Shown in pieces: positions 38,879 to 51,261 of a stretch of DNA of 64,000 nt (position 1 is its first letter; the number at the start of each line of letters is the position of its first letter). The translations under genes and the position numbers were made by a program. Origin of the DNA: Macrostomum hystrix (Eukaryota > Animalia > Platyhelminthes); NCBI GenBank assembly GCA_950097015.1, contig CATNEN010000025.1:2232001-2296000 (forward strand), given 5' to 3'. A model generated the notes under the pieces. That model made no database searches, was not told where the DNA came from, and saw nothing but the letters and a program-made list of their open reading frames with translations.

Positions 38879-41800
38879 ATGTTTGTATACTTAAGCAAAA
38901 AGGTACGTGTTTTTTTGAAAAAAAACTTTATATGCTTTAGTCATTCCGTGTCTTTACAATAGCGGATGATGTGTATCCAGATAGTAAAAGTTACATACTT
39001 AAAAATTCTTCTCTATAAATAATCCAGATATAAAAAATAACGTTTAGATTTTATCCACGATATAGACCTAATGACAATGCTACACCACTTCATTCAGTAG
39101 TGTTAAATGGCATCTTTCTAATATATTTGATGTATTGGAATCATCATATCATATGATGATATGAGATCATGATACTTAATGATCATAAATGTTGTGATTG
39201 ACAATACCAAATTAAATTTTTGGATGATCTATTTAATTAAACAATGATCCGAAAATATGCTATTGAAAAAGTAGTTCATATGTTACCCGGGTGGTTTTTT
39301 GTTCATTTTTATAAATATACTAAATTTAATAACTACAAAAAGTTTGCCTCTTATTTTTTATATAAATGAAAAAATATTTGTTTTTAATTTCAAATGAATA
39401 AAGTTTGAATTTGGATACAATTAAGGGTATTAATGATAACGTGTTTTTAGCATTTAAATTGGTATATAGGCTGATTGTAACTACATTGAGCTTTAAACTT
39501 AATTTACCCTTGTCAGATTGCTATACCGAACAATGTGAAGCTCCAATCACTATCATGGAACAAGGAGAGTGGCTACTTGGCTTGCGGAGGCGACGATGGA
39601 CTTTTGAAGATTTTGAAGCTGGAATCCCAGCCAGGTGAGCTAGGGGTTGTTCAGATTCCATTCTGAAATATTTAAATAATCAAATAATTATTTGCCTTCA
39701 GACTTTTAACTTATTAATAAATGCAAACTCAACAGACGGTCGAGTCAAGGGCCTAGCCGCGCCCAGCAATCTGACTATGAACCAGAGTCTGGAGGGTCAC
39801 AGCGGCGCTGTTCACACCATCGCCTGGAACGAGGCCCACCAGAAAGTCACCACTACCGACAGCAACGGTCTCATCATTGTGTGGATGTTCTACAAGTCTT
39901 CCTGGTACGAGGAGATGATTAAGAACAGCCGCGCACAGGTCAGCGACATGAAGTGGAACATGGACGGACAGAAAATATGCATCGCTTACGAAGACGGCTC
40001 CGTCATTGTGGGATCCGTTGACGGCAACAGGATCTGGGGCAAAGAGCTCAAGCTGAACCTGAAAGCTGTGGCCTGGTCGCCTGACAGCAAAATAATCTTG
40101 TTTGGCATGAAGAATGGCGATATTAACATTTATGACCACGCAGGAAACTCTGTGGTGAGTTGATCAGTTTTGTTGGCTGGTTGGCAATCAAAGCCTCAAA
40201 TATCAAAGATTTAAATAATTTTAAGAGTTTTATAGAAGTGCTGCTATTATCTATTGCTTAATTTAAATTGAGCAACTCAAAATGAGTTTCTAACAACTGC
40301 CTGTTGTTGAACGTGTTCTGACGCGCTAAACACTGCCCCCGCATCCCAGCGTCGGATGGACGTCCCGAGCCCTGGCCCCGAGTTGGCCGGCCTCAGCTGG
40401 TTCAGTAGCCGCCTCCTGCCTCGGCCCGAAGTGCCCGGCCCCTGCCTGGCTGTTGCCTTCACCAACGGTCGCGTCCTCCTTCTCCGAGACGAGGCCGATG
40501 ACCGACCGATCGAGCTGGACACCCGCCTCCGATTGCGCGCCTTCAACTGGTCGCACGACGGCTCAATGATCGCCTTCGCCGGGCATTTGGCTAGTCAGAA
40601 GGACTCCGACAAGGATGTGAACACCGTGAAGTTCTATTCGGCTATCGGAGAGCACCTGCGCACTCTCAAGGTGCCTGGAAGCGACATCACCGCTTGTACG
40701 TGGGAAGGCGGCTCTCTGCGCATCGCCCTGGCTGTGGACAGCTACATCTACTTCGCTAACGTGCGGCCTCGCTATCGCTGGGCCTACTGCGGTAATACAG
40801 TTGTGTACGCCTACAATCGACCAGATCGGGTCGAGAACTGCGTCGTTTTCTGGGACACCAAGAACAATCTGCGCTTCATCAAGTACATCGTCGGCGTGAC
40901 GCACGTTGCCGCCGCCGGCGAGTACTGCTGCATCGCGCACAAACCGGATCAGCAGGAATCCAATGGAGCCGGTGGAAAATGTACTTTAGTCCTGTGCAAT
41001 GCGATTGGCACTCCGTTGGATACGCGAGATTTGGATTTGGAAGCCGAACAGGTTGCTATGACAACCAGTCACGTGGTAGTGGCCTCCGATCGGGCGGTGT
41101 ACACCTGGCAGTTCAAGGATCCCAGGCAGCTAGCCGTGATGGAGGTCAGCGAGAAGAGAAAGGCCGGCGCTGAGAAGCTCTTCCACATCGATGAAGGAGC
41201 CCCTGTCGAAGGGGAGGGCTTGAACTACTCGCGAGTCAACGAAAAGGTCGGCTAAATTTTTACGCAAATCACTCAAATAGGTTCATGGCCTACCATCCAA
41301 GTAGTCTCATCCACATTCAGGAGGTCCGCGACAGAATCTGCGCCCTCGGTGTCAGCGCTAAACTCGTCGTTGTTGCTCGCGAGTCTGGCGCCCTGCTACA
41401 GTTCGGCCTGCCATCCATGGCTCTGGAGGTCCGGCACCGACTGGAGTGCACGCCGTACGAGCTGCAAGTCAACTGCAACAGCACGTGAGTCCTCCGGGTT
41501 GTCCAAGGAGCTTGGACTATCAGATGAACTTGGGATTACCGATTCAATTTAGGATTATCGCGAGAATTTAGGATTATCGCGAGAATTTAGGATTATCGAA
41601 AGATTAAAGGATTATCGAAAGATTATAGGACTATCGCAAGAATGTAGGATTATCGCAAGAATGTAGGATTATCGAAAGATTATAGAATTATCGCAAGAAT
41701 GTAGGATTATCGCAAGAATGTAGGATCATCGAAAGATTAAAGGATTATCGAAAGAATGTTGGATCATCGAAAGATTAAAGGATTATCGAAAGAATTTAGG

Positions 41801-44800
41801 ATTATAGCAAGAATGTAGGATTATCAAAAGATTAAAGGATTATCGAAAGAGTATAGGATTAACGAAAGAATGTAGGATTATCGAAAGAATTTAGGATTAT
41901 CGAAAGACTATAGGATTAACGAAACAATGTAGGATTATCGAAAGAATGTAGGATTATCGAAAGAATGTAGGATTATCGAAAGAATGTAGGATTATCGAAA
42001 GATTGAAGGATTATTGAAGGACTATAGGATTAACGAAAGAATGTAGGATTATCGAAAGAATGTAGGATTATCGAAAGAATGTAGGATTATCTAAAGAATG
42101 TAGGATTATCGAAAGATTGAAGGATTATCGAAAGAATGTAGGATTATCGAAAGAATTTAGCCTAGCACTATTGAGGGTTATTCGTTGGCTTAAGAAACGC
42201 CTTCTGTTTCTCGCCTGTCCAGTCGTCTCGCCATCATAGACCAAAGTGGGGTTCTGACTTTCTTCGACCTCGACAAAGCGACCTCGGCGAAGGCCCCACA
42301 AAAGGAAGACCAGCAGAGGCAGGCGCCGCAGCAGCAGGCGCAGATCTTTGAACGTAAGGACGTCTGGAACATGCGCTTCGCCGACGACAATCCGGACCTG
42401 TTCGCCTTCATGGAGAAGACCCGCATGTACGTCATGAAAGGTCTGGAGGTAGAGGAGCCAGTGTCCAGTTCCGCCTACCTGTGCCAGTTCAAGGATCTGG
42501 AAATCAAGGGAGTTTTGCTGGACGAGATTCTGAAGGACTGTCCGAGCAGTCCCAGCCAGGATTACCTGCTGGACATGGAGGTGAAAGCGCTGAGAGATAT
42601 GCGAGATCTCACTGAGAAGTCAGGCATTGAGCAGAGCTTGAAGTTCGTTGAAGAGCACCCGCACCCGCGTCTGTGGCGCCTGCTGGCCGAGTGCGCTCTC
42701 GAGCGACAGAATCTTCAGGTGGGGATGCTAGGGAAAATCACCTGGCTTTGATTAACTTGCTTCTAGAAGCCTGTGTTTATTCGGAAGGGCAGATAGATTA
42801 GATTGGGTAAATACCAGACAGAGGATATGGGGTAGGAGACTGAGGATACGGGGTAGGAGACTGAGGATACGGGGTAGGAGACTGAGGATACGGGGTAGGA
42901 GACTGAGAATACGGGGTAGGAGACTGAGAATACGGGGTAGGAGACTGAGGATACGGGGTAGGAGACTGAGGATACAGGGTGATAGAGAGCAGGTATAGAT
43001 AGAGTTCAGTGATTCATTGTTTTGTGAGTTTTAAATCGGTGCCAAAAACCGCATAACACCTCGCAGGTTGCCGAGCAGGCCTACGTGAAGTGTCGCGACT
43101 ATGCCGGGGTGCAGCTTATCAAACGGCTGCAGAACCTGACTAGCGATCAGTTGCGCAAGGCCGAGGTTGCGGTGCACTTTGGCCGCTTCGAGGCAGCCGA
43201 AGAGATCTACCTGAAGGCCGACCGGAAGGACCTGGCCGTGGAGCTCTGCCGCACCGTCGGCGACTGGTTCCGGCTTGTTCAGCTGGTCAAGTCCAGCACT
43301 GGCGCCGGCACAGACGCCGTCCTGATGGAAGCCTGGGAGGCTCTCGGCGATCATTACAGCGACAGGCAGAGCTGGCAGCTGGCCATAGACTATTACTCGC
43401 AGGCGCAGAAGGAGGAGAAGCTGGCGGAGTGTCACTACCTGCTGGAGGACTATCTGAGTTTAGAGAAGGTATCGCTGTCACTGCCGGACAATCACAAGCT
43501 TCTGCCTCAGCTGGCCGCAAAGTTTGCCGCCATCGGCATGGGCGATCAGGCGGTGTCCGCCTACGTTCGCTGCGGCCTAGTGAAGGACGCAATTAACACC
43601 TGCGTGCAGCTCAACCAATGGACCACAGCCATTGAGCTGGCCAAGCAGCACAATCTGCGAGACATTGACACCCTGCTGACTCAATACGCCAACCACCTGC
43701 TGGATAAGAACAAGCTGGTGAATGCGGTGGAGCTGTACAGGAAGGCTGGACACTTTCTTGAGGCTGCCAAGCACATGCATAAGGTTCGCTAATAAGCATG
43801 TCAGCTATCTGCTAAATCAACTACTGTAAGTAGAAATGAAAGAAAGCTATTGAATCAATTGAAACATTTTCCTCACGCAGCTCACAATGGACGAGGTGAA
43901 GAAGGGCAGTTCGCCGATGAAGATCAAGAAGATGTTCGTACTAGTTGGCATGCTGATTGAGCAGTACCATGAGCAGAGCAAGACTCAGGCCAAGTCTAAG
44001 GCCAAGTCGAAGCGCGGCGAGGTGAGTTATAATAGTACTTCACTTATAATAGGACTTCGGACCGAAAGGTCTGTAGTTCGAATCTCAACCCACAGGAATA
44101 ATAAAAGTACTAATTGGAGTAATAAATAATAATAATGATGATAGCAAGAGGGCTGTGGGCACTATACCTGCAGCCAGCGAGAAGGAAATTCTGCCCATTT
44201 CGCTGACTCCTGAGCAAACACGCACACGGATACTGTACGCAGGCCCACGCTCACACAGGTGTGTACATCAGCCCTGACTTTCTCATCGTCAGGCAGTGTA
44301 CACTCTCACTTTGCCTTGGAGGTTAACCCTCAAGGGCGTAAATTGCACGACAAGCCACCAAGTCTTCTCTCCGCTACTGCTCCTCAAATGAATGTGGCCT
44401 CGCCGCGGAATCGAGCTCAGGGACCTTGGTGCGAGAGGCATATGCTTTAGACCGCTCTGCAACTCACTAAATAATCAGAACTTCACTCGTGTTCAGGCCA
44501 GCACCGCACTAGCCGGTCTGCTTGAAGAGGACACGGAGGGCGTCCTGGACAGTCGCCTGATGGATGGAGCCTGGCGCGGAGCCGAGGCCTATCATTTCTA
44601 CCTGCTGGCGCAGCGACAGTTATACGCTAATTACAACGATGCGGCGATGCACACCGCCATGGTGCTGCGCGACTATGAGGACATCCTGCCATCTAAGAAC
44701 ATCTACTCGCTGATTGGTGGGCCCCTGTTTCTCCTCTTATTGACAGGTCGTTTTTAACTCACAAAAATCCATCAAATCATCTATTTCTGTCCTCCTTACG

Positions 44801-45864
44801 TACCTTCGCGTTTAGCTCTGTGCGCCTGCGCCAATCGGGCGTTCGGCACCTGCTCGAAGGCTTTCATAAAACTGGAGACACTCAGCGGAGCAGCCGAGGC
44901 CGAGCTGGACGAGTACCGCGAGCTGGCGACGGAGATCTTCAACCGGTACAGCCCCAAGGATCAGCGAACTCAACAGGAGCTCGATCTGGAGGCAATGATG
45001 GAGGGGTGAGCGCTCGTTTCATCAATACAAATATTTTCCCAGATACTGACATTCACACAGGTGTGTACATCTGCCCAGTCTTTTTTATGGCCAGGCAGTG
45101 TACACCAATTGTGCCTTAATGTTAGCCTCAAGGGTGTAAATTGCATAACAAGCCACAAAGCCTTCATTTCGCCCCAAATGAATGTGGCCTAGCCTCGGAA
45201 TCGAGCTCAGGGACCTTGGTGCTAGTCGCAAACGCATTAAACGTTCTACCACTGACCCATTATCATTTATCAATGTTTTCATAACATCAGGGCACTTTGC
45301 TTATGTTCTAAAGCCACCTCAATCTCGCCGCACTAAGCCAAATTTAATTCTGATCAATCCTGAACCCTACCTCACCCCTTCACCATTTGGCCATGCAGCC
45401 ACCTCACTCCCCATCTTTCCATCGCCATTCCGTCCGTCCAATCCTGACCCTTAGCTAGTCCCTCCACTCGTGAGCCATGCAGCCACCTCACTCCCCATCT
45501 TTCCATCGCCATTCCGTCCGTCCAATCCTGACCCTTAGCTAGTCCCTCCACTCGTGAGCCATGCAGCCACCTCACTCCCCATCTTTCCATCGCCATTCCG
45601 TCCGTCCAATCCTGACCCTTAGCTAGTCCCTCCACTCGTGAGCCATGCAGCCACCTCACTCCCGAATTTCCGATCGATATCACAGCTTAGTTGAGCGCGT
45701 CCATCTCACCGTTTTACAGAGAGAGCAAGATCCCAATCTGCATTGTGACGGGACAGGCCATCACCAGTTATCAGTTCTGGATGTGTCCGATGTGCAAGCA
45801 CAGCGCTGGCGAGAACGAGATTGCCCGACTAAAGCACTGCCCTCTGTGCCACAATGTCATCTGA
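38879..45864 (+). CDS. WDR35: WD repeat-containing protein 35 (IFT121, IFT-A complex), 11 exons
   Basis: Exons 38879-38902, 39517-39634, 39736-40154, 40350-41246, 41321-41484, 42223-42718, 43067-43783, 43881-44021, 44497-44716, 44816-45005 and 45720-45864. Starts [33 protein letters not shown], includes [17 protein letters not shown], and ends in a CIVTG..CPMC..CPLCH zinc-finger-like tail. Confidence 0.97.
41548..42160. repeat. 19-bp intronic minisatellite (AGGATTATCGAAAGAATGT)n
   Basis: Period of 19, in WDR35 intron 5. Confidence 0.95.
42825..42980. repeat. 21-bp intronic minisatellite (GGGGTAGGAGACTGAGGATAC)n
   Basis: About 7 units in WDR35 intron 6. Confidence 0.94.
44140..44470 (-). mobile_element. 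SINE family A, full length with (ATT)n-like tail, in WDR35 intron
   Basis: Complete head, core and 3' end TGCCCACAGCCCTCTTGCTA followed by ATC/ATT repeats. Confidence 0.87.
45040..45240 (-). mobile_element. SINE family A, diverged copy, in WDR35 intron
   Basis: GCACCAAGGTCCCTGAGCTCGATTCCGAGG head and a mutated core. Confidence 0.78.
45390..45662. repeat. 84-bp intronic tandem repeat, 3.2 units
   Basis: Identical units starting CCATGCAGCCACCTCACTCCCC at 45391, 45475, 45559 and 45643. Confidence 0.96.
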
Positions 45865-46772
45865 GCATCAATGAGCTTTGCTTACCTGGTTTAAACAGCT
45901 TCACGTTTTGAGTCGTTTCACTTCACTTCTTTTTTATAAATTGTCCTAGAAATGAAAAGTGCAACATTTTTGTTTTTTGTTTTGCCGTAAATTACGCTTA
46001 AAAAGAGAACAATGATTGTGATAATACAAACACTGACTTGGTTCAAGAATCTGTCCTTAACAACAGACACATAAAGAGAGCCTTTTAAATAAAAAGGTCC
46101 AATAATTTAAATATAACTTCTTTAATACTTTTACCTGGTACACTGCACATTGCATTTGTAACAAGTCTATATTTTTTATTTTAAATCGAGTGTTTTAAAA
46201 CCTGAAAGTTTATTGAAATAAAAATCATTAGCATATTGTAGCTCGTACAAAGGCATGAGCAATAAAACAAAATACTGTGTTAAATAACATAGTAGCAATT
46301 TCACAAGCAATACGAAAGTTAAAATCGCTGAAACTAATTACAGAAATTTACTGAAGAGAATTACAAATGGAATTATAATGCGGAATTCGCAGTTTGATGT
46401 AAGGACTGCTTGTGATTGGCTAGAAGCCAGCCTCCAATTATGGGGTGGGTGGTGGCCAGCTCGATTGGGATTGGTTAGAAGAAGATTGGTTAGGATTCAT
46501 TAGAAAAAATCGAGAATTTTCTTTTTACGAGCTAAATATCTAGAGCCATTATGCACATTATAATTATATTTTACATCATCTTTACGAATCGGATAAATAC
46601 CAACACAATTATTAAGTGATTTGGATATCTACATGTCCAGGTATGTAGGGTATGATGGAAATCATTAATGTTGTTTTCCGACACCAATTCGTTCAGAGTT
46701 CGCATTTTTACTGGTATTTATTATAAGTTTGACAGAGTACTGACTGACGGATTTCAATTTGTAAAGTTTTCT

Positions 46773-47318
46773 TCAAACTGGGGTTGGCTTAGCAGTTCTG
46801 CAATTGCTGGCTCCTTTCTCACTTTGATCCGGCCATTTTCTTGCCGACAATGACGTCATCGATTCTGATGATGCAACCAATGACGCAATCGATGATGTGA
46901 TCGATTCTGTTGGCGTAGTCGAGTAGCAGCTGGTGTCGACGGCGCCATAGGTCGGCCGGTGCTGCCGATTGGTGCAGCCGTGGTCGAAGCCGCTGCTCGA
47001 TGATACCGATTTGAGCAGGCGAGAATTCGGCGACGATAAAGAAGACAACGGCGAATGCGGCTGAGTGGCTAGAGGCGGCAGCGCCCAACGCCGACTGATT
47101 AGCCAGACGACCAGGAAGGCGCCGGTGAGGCCGCAGAGCAGGCTGCCAGTCAGGAGCAGCATGCTGAGGCAGCCAGCGTCGCAGTCACCGGCTAGGCAGC
47201 CGACAAAGCCAACGGTTGAGTTGAAATGCGCAGCGCAGGCAGGACAGATCATGAGCCAGCACGGCGGCGGAGGCGGAGTTGATGTCGGCGACGGCGACAG
47301 TGACGAAGAGAATCGCAT
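46773..47318 (-). CDS. Putative single-pass membrane protein of unknown function (ATG at 47318, or 47366)
   Basis: GC-rich open frame in AT-rich surroundings. Cys-rich N-terminal part, one hydrophobic span (LSMLLLTGSLLCGLTGAFLVVWLI) followed by SRR, and a Ser/Thr-rich tail. No recognised family. Confidence 0.5.
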   Translation of the reverse strand: MRFSSSLSPSPTSTPPPPPCWLMICPACAAHFNSTVGFVGCLAGDCDAGCLSMLLLTGSLLCGLTGAFLVVWLISRRWALPPLATQPHSPLSSLSSPNSRLLKSVSSSSGFDHGCTNRQHRPTYGAVDTSCYSTTPTESITSSIASLVASSESMTSLSARKWPDQSEKGASNCRTAKPTPV

Positions 47319-48852
47319 TGTTGTGATGTTAGCAGTCGCTGTTGGATTCCACCAGTGAAAGTACATTTATCAGTATTTTAGGACAGAAATATGCGCAATG
47401 GCATTGATACTTCCGAACCGTCTGTTTACGTTTGACGGATTGTGCTCACAAAATTTTCTAATAATAAACTGGTCGAGCAGGTGACAGAATTGTTATTACG
47501 CAACAATCATTAATTAAATAACAGCTTATCAAACTGTAGGACAGCGAAAGTGTGATTAATTTCATATTCCTGTTATAAGCCTAGCGCATTATGTGGGCTG
47601 ACCCAAGAGCTCGCTTTGATAATGATAAAAGATAATAAATCTATTCAAACACGTATGAAATTAATTGCACGGTTGACCTAAATTACTATTAAACTTTTGT
47701 TGATAATCGTACGTGCCATATGCAGTTTACAGTGTATAATTTAATGTGGACAATGTACGCTAAGCTTGTACGTGGAGAGGAGAGGTGGAGACGAGGAGAG
47801 GTAAGAATTGCGAGTACTTTTGCTATGCTTGTGATCAATTTAAACTAAAACATTACCAATGAACGTCAGCCATAGTTTTAGCCCATTTTAAATTTTCTTA
47901 CTGTCCTACTCTTAGTAGGATAAAAAATAAGAAAAAAACGATTGACACTTTAGGAATCTGTAACTACCCAATTATTCAAGGTTATTGAACCTTATTTTTC
48001 GGCCAAATTAAAAAAATGTCAATCAAATGGAATAAAATGAGACAGGATTTTTAATAGACCACAGAGCAGGCGGTTCTCATTTGAAATTTAAGGCTTAATT
48101 GAAATCTACGTGACTGCAGGTAGCGAGGTAAAAATAATCCAAAGTCGTAGAAGTCAGACTCTATTGTTGCATCTTTGGTTTTTGTGCATGTGTGCGCGCT
48201 TCGCCGTACTAACAAATTTATTTCATATTAAATTTAATTAAATTCACTTCATTTAACTAATACATTATATTACAAAAATAAGACGCAAAGCCAAACTAGT
48301 CTACTAGTAGTAGTGCATTAAAGTAAAGGAAAGTAATTTTTTCAAAAACTTGCTGGACTAAAGTTACAAAATAAGTTTGATGGACTGCTAATCCATGATC
48401 CTGGGATGGCTGGATTAGCAATCCATCAGCAAGTATAGTTATTAAAGTTTTCTGAAGGACGAAAGCATAATATAGCCTCAATAATGTTTAGGCTTTGAAA
48501 TAAAATAAGGACCTTTTTCTGCATGCTAGAAATAAAACGATAAACACGTGCACTCTTTTTGAATTGGTGCGCAAATAATAATTGTCATTATAACGAGTTG
48601 ATCAGTAGAACACGATGAAAACAATGAAAAACTAGCTTATTTAGTTTGAAACAAATATTATATGTAAAGGCGTAGCAGTGTTCAACTTATTTACAAAGCA
48701 AAAAATTGCTATGGGTTACATTTATTGTATAATATCATATCTGCTCATTGTGCTGCGGCAATACCTAGGATAGTAGATATTACAGATCACATGGAATGAA
48801 AACAGAGGGTTATTTTATCTAGAAAAAAATCTGCGATCACAATTCTGCCGCC

Positions 48853-49112
48853 TGTGTTACATCTCTGTTACATCTGTGTTACATCATTGTTACATCATTG
48901 TTACATCTCTGTTACATCTGTGTTACATCATTGTTACATCTCTGTTACATCTCGGTTACATCTGTGTTACATCATTGTTACATCATTGTTACATCATTGT
49001 TACATCTCGGTTACATCTCTGTTACATCTCTGTTACATCTGTGTTACATCTGTGTTACATCAGTGTTACATCTCTGTTACATCTCTGTTACATCTGTGTT
49101 ACATCTGTGTTA
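48853..49112. repeat. 11-bp repeat (TGTTACATC + TC/TG/AT)n
   Basis: Constant 9-mer with a variable dinucleotide. Confidence 0.95.
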
Positions 49113-49594
49113 TTCTCAGTTTTTATATACTGATAAAGTGACAAAGTGACTATGGGAATATAGAAGAACAGCAATTGGCCAATTCATGCTCTCCAACTTG
49201 AAGCCGATAATCAGAAAATCAATAAAATAAATTCAGTTGCTAAGCAACAATGGACCCATTTGAAATGGATAAATTCGTTACAACGAAAAACAAACATATT
49301 GTTTTATCGGAATTAAAATCTCAAAAATTATTGGATTGTCGGAGGATGTTACAGAAATAAAGTACTGATAAAGTTTGATAAATGTAACTACTTTTTAACC
49401 TAAGGGCACAATATAGATCGAATTTAGCTATATATAATTAGTTTTGTAGATGATAAATTAGGAACAACAATAAATAGGTACTTGATATGTTATTTATTTA
49501 AACAATAATTGCTATACTGACTAATATAATAACTATTGCAATTAAGTTAATTAAATAATAATATTTTAACCTCGGGTCAGGGACCTGAAATATT

Positions 49595-50725
49595 ATGTAG
49601 GGATTGGGATAACTACCTGTCTAGTGGTGTAGGGATAGGGATAACTACCTGTCTAATGATGTAGGGATTGGGATAGCTACCTGTCTAATAATGTAGGGAT
49701 TGGGATAACTACCTGTCTAATGATGTAGGGATTGGGATAACTACCTGTCTAGTGGTGTAGGGATTGGGATAACTACCTGTCTAATGATGTAGAGATTGGG
49801 ATAGCTACCTGTCTAATGATGTAGGGATTGGGATAACTACCTGTCTAATGATGTAGGGATTGGGATAACTACCTGTCTAATGATCTAGGGATTGGGATAG
49901 CTACCTGTCTAATAATGTAGGGATTGGGATAACTACCTGTCTAATGGTGTAGGGATTGGGATAACTACCTGTCTAATGATGTAGGGATTGGGATAACTAC
50001 CTGTCTAATGGTGTAGGGATTGGGATAACTACCTGTCTAATGATGTAGGGATTGGGATAACTACCTGTCTAGTGGTGTAGGGATTGGGATAACTACCTGT
50101 CTAATGATGTAGGGATTGGGATAACTACCTGTCTAATAATGTAGGGATTGGGATAACTACCTGTCTAATGATGTAGGGATTGGGATAACTACCTGTCTAA
50201 TTATGTAGGGATTGGGATAACTACCTGTCTAATAATGTAGGGATTGGGATAGCTACCTGTCTAATTATGTAGGGATTGGGATAACTACCTGTCTAATAAT
50301 GTAGGGATTGGGATAGCTACCTGTCTAATTATGTAGGGATTGGGATAACTACCTGTCTAATAATGTAGGGATTGGGATAACTACCTGTCTAATGATGTAG
50401 GGATTGGGATAACTACCTGTCTAATGATGAAGGGATTGGGATAACTACCTGTCTAATGATGTAGGGATTGGGATAACTACCTGTCTAATAATGTAGGGAT
50501 TGGGATAGCTACCTGTCTAATTATGTAGGGATTGGGATAACTACCTGTATAATTATGTAGGGATTGGGATAACTACCTGTCTAATGATGTAGGGATTGGG
50601 ATAGCTACCTGTATTATGATTTAGGGATTGGGATAACTACCTGTCTAATGATGTAGTATTGGGATAACTACCTGTCTAATAATGTGGGGATTGGGATTAC
50701 TACCTGTTAAATGATGTAGGGATTC
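49595..50725. repeat. 32-bp minisatellite (GTAGGGATTGGGATAACTACCTGTCTAATGAT)n, about 35 units
   Basis: Period of 32; lies immediately downstream of the tankyrase stop. Confidence 0.97.
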
Positions 50726-50763
50726 GGAGAGTGAATTATTGCTGAATAATAAATCAGAGAAAG

Positions 50764-51261
50764 TTAACCAGACATGTCCGGCCGCACAATGTGATAGGTG
50801 ACCAGATACTCGGGATAGGCCTGCTCGCCCCTGTAGATCACGTACTCGGCGAATGACAGGCCGCCAACCGACGGTCGCCCGATGATGGAATGATGCCCCG
50901 GCGGAGCGTGAGCTACCTTCATGGCGCTGAACTGCAGGAAAGACTTGCCCAGGCAGACCCTGCAGACGAGCATCTGGCGGGCGCATTGGTAGCAGGATTT
51001 GTCCCGGTGCGCTGGGCAGCCGGTGCCGCCACCGATGCCATAGACGTACTGATTGGATTTGGAAGAATTCTCAGCGAAGTAGATCCCGGCGCCGAACATA
51101 CCGCCAATGTAGGCGTGACGCTCGTCGAAGCCCTTCTGCACAATGGCCCCGACAAACGGGCTGCCGTGGAATAGCAGGCGCTCGTTCTGATTGCCGGCGT
51201 TCTCTTCGGCGATCTCGTGCCTGCGATGCGCGTAGCGCTCAAATAGGCGCTGATTTCGCAC
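50764..51261 (-). CDS. Tankyrase PARP catalytic exon
   Basis: H-Y-E triad ([26 protein letters not shown]) and the tankyrase zinc motif [12 protein letters not shown] are present. Confidence 0.95.
   Translation of the reverse strand: MRNQRLFERYAHRRHEIAEENAGNQNERLLFHGSPFVGAIVQKGFDERHAYIGGMFGAGIYFAENSSKSNQYVYGIGGGTGCPAHRDKSCYQCARQMLVCRVCLGKSFLQFSAMKVAHAPPGHHSIIGRPSVGGLSFAEYVIYRGEQAYPEYLVTYHIVRPDMSG

Noticed and set aside
48854-49149. His/Cys-rich ORFs resembling zinc-binding proteins
   Set aside because: Translations of the 11-bp TGTTACATC repeat in all three frames.
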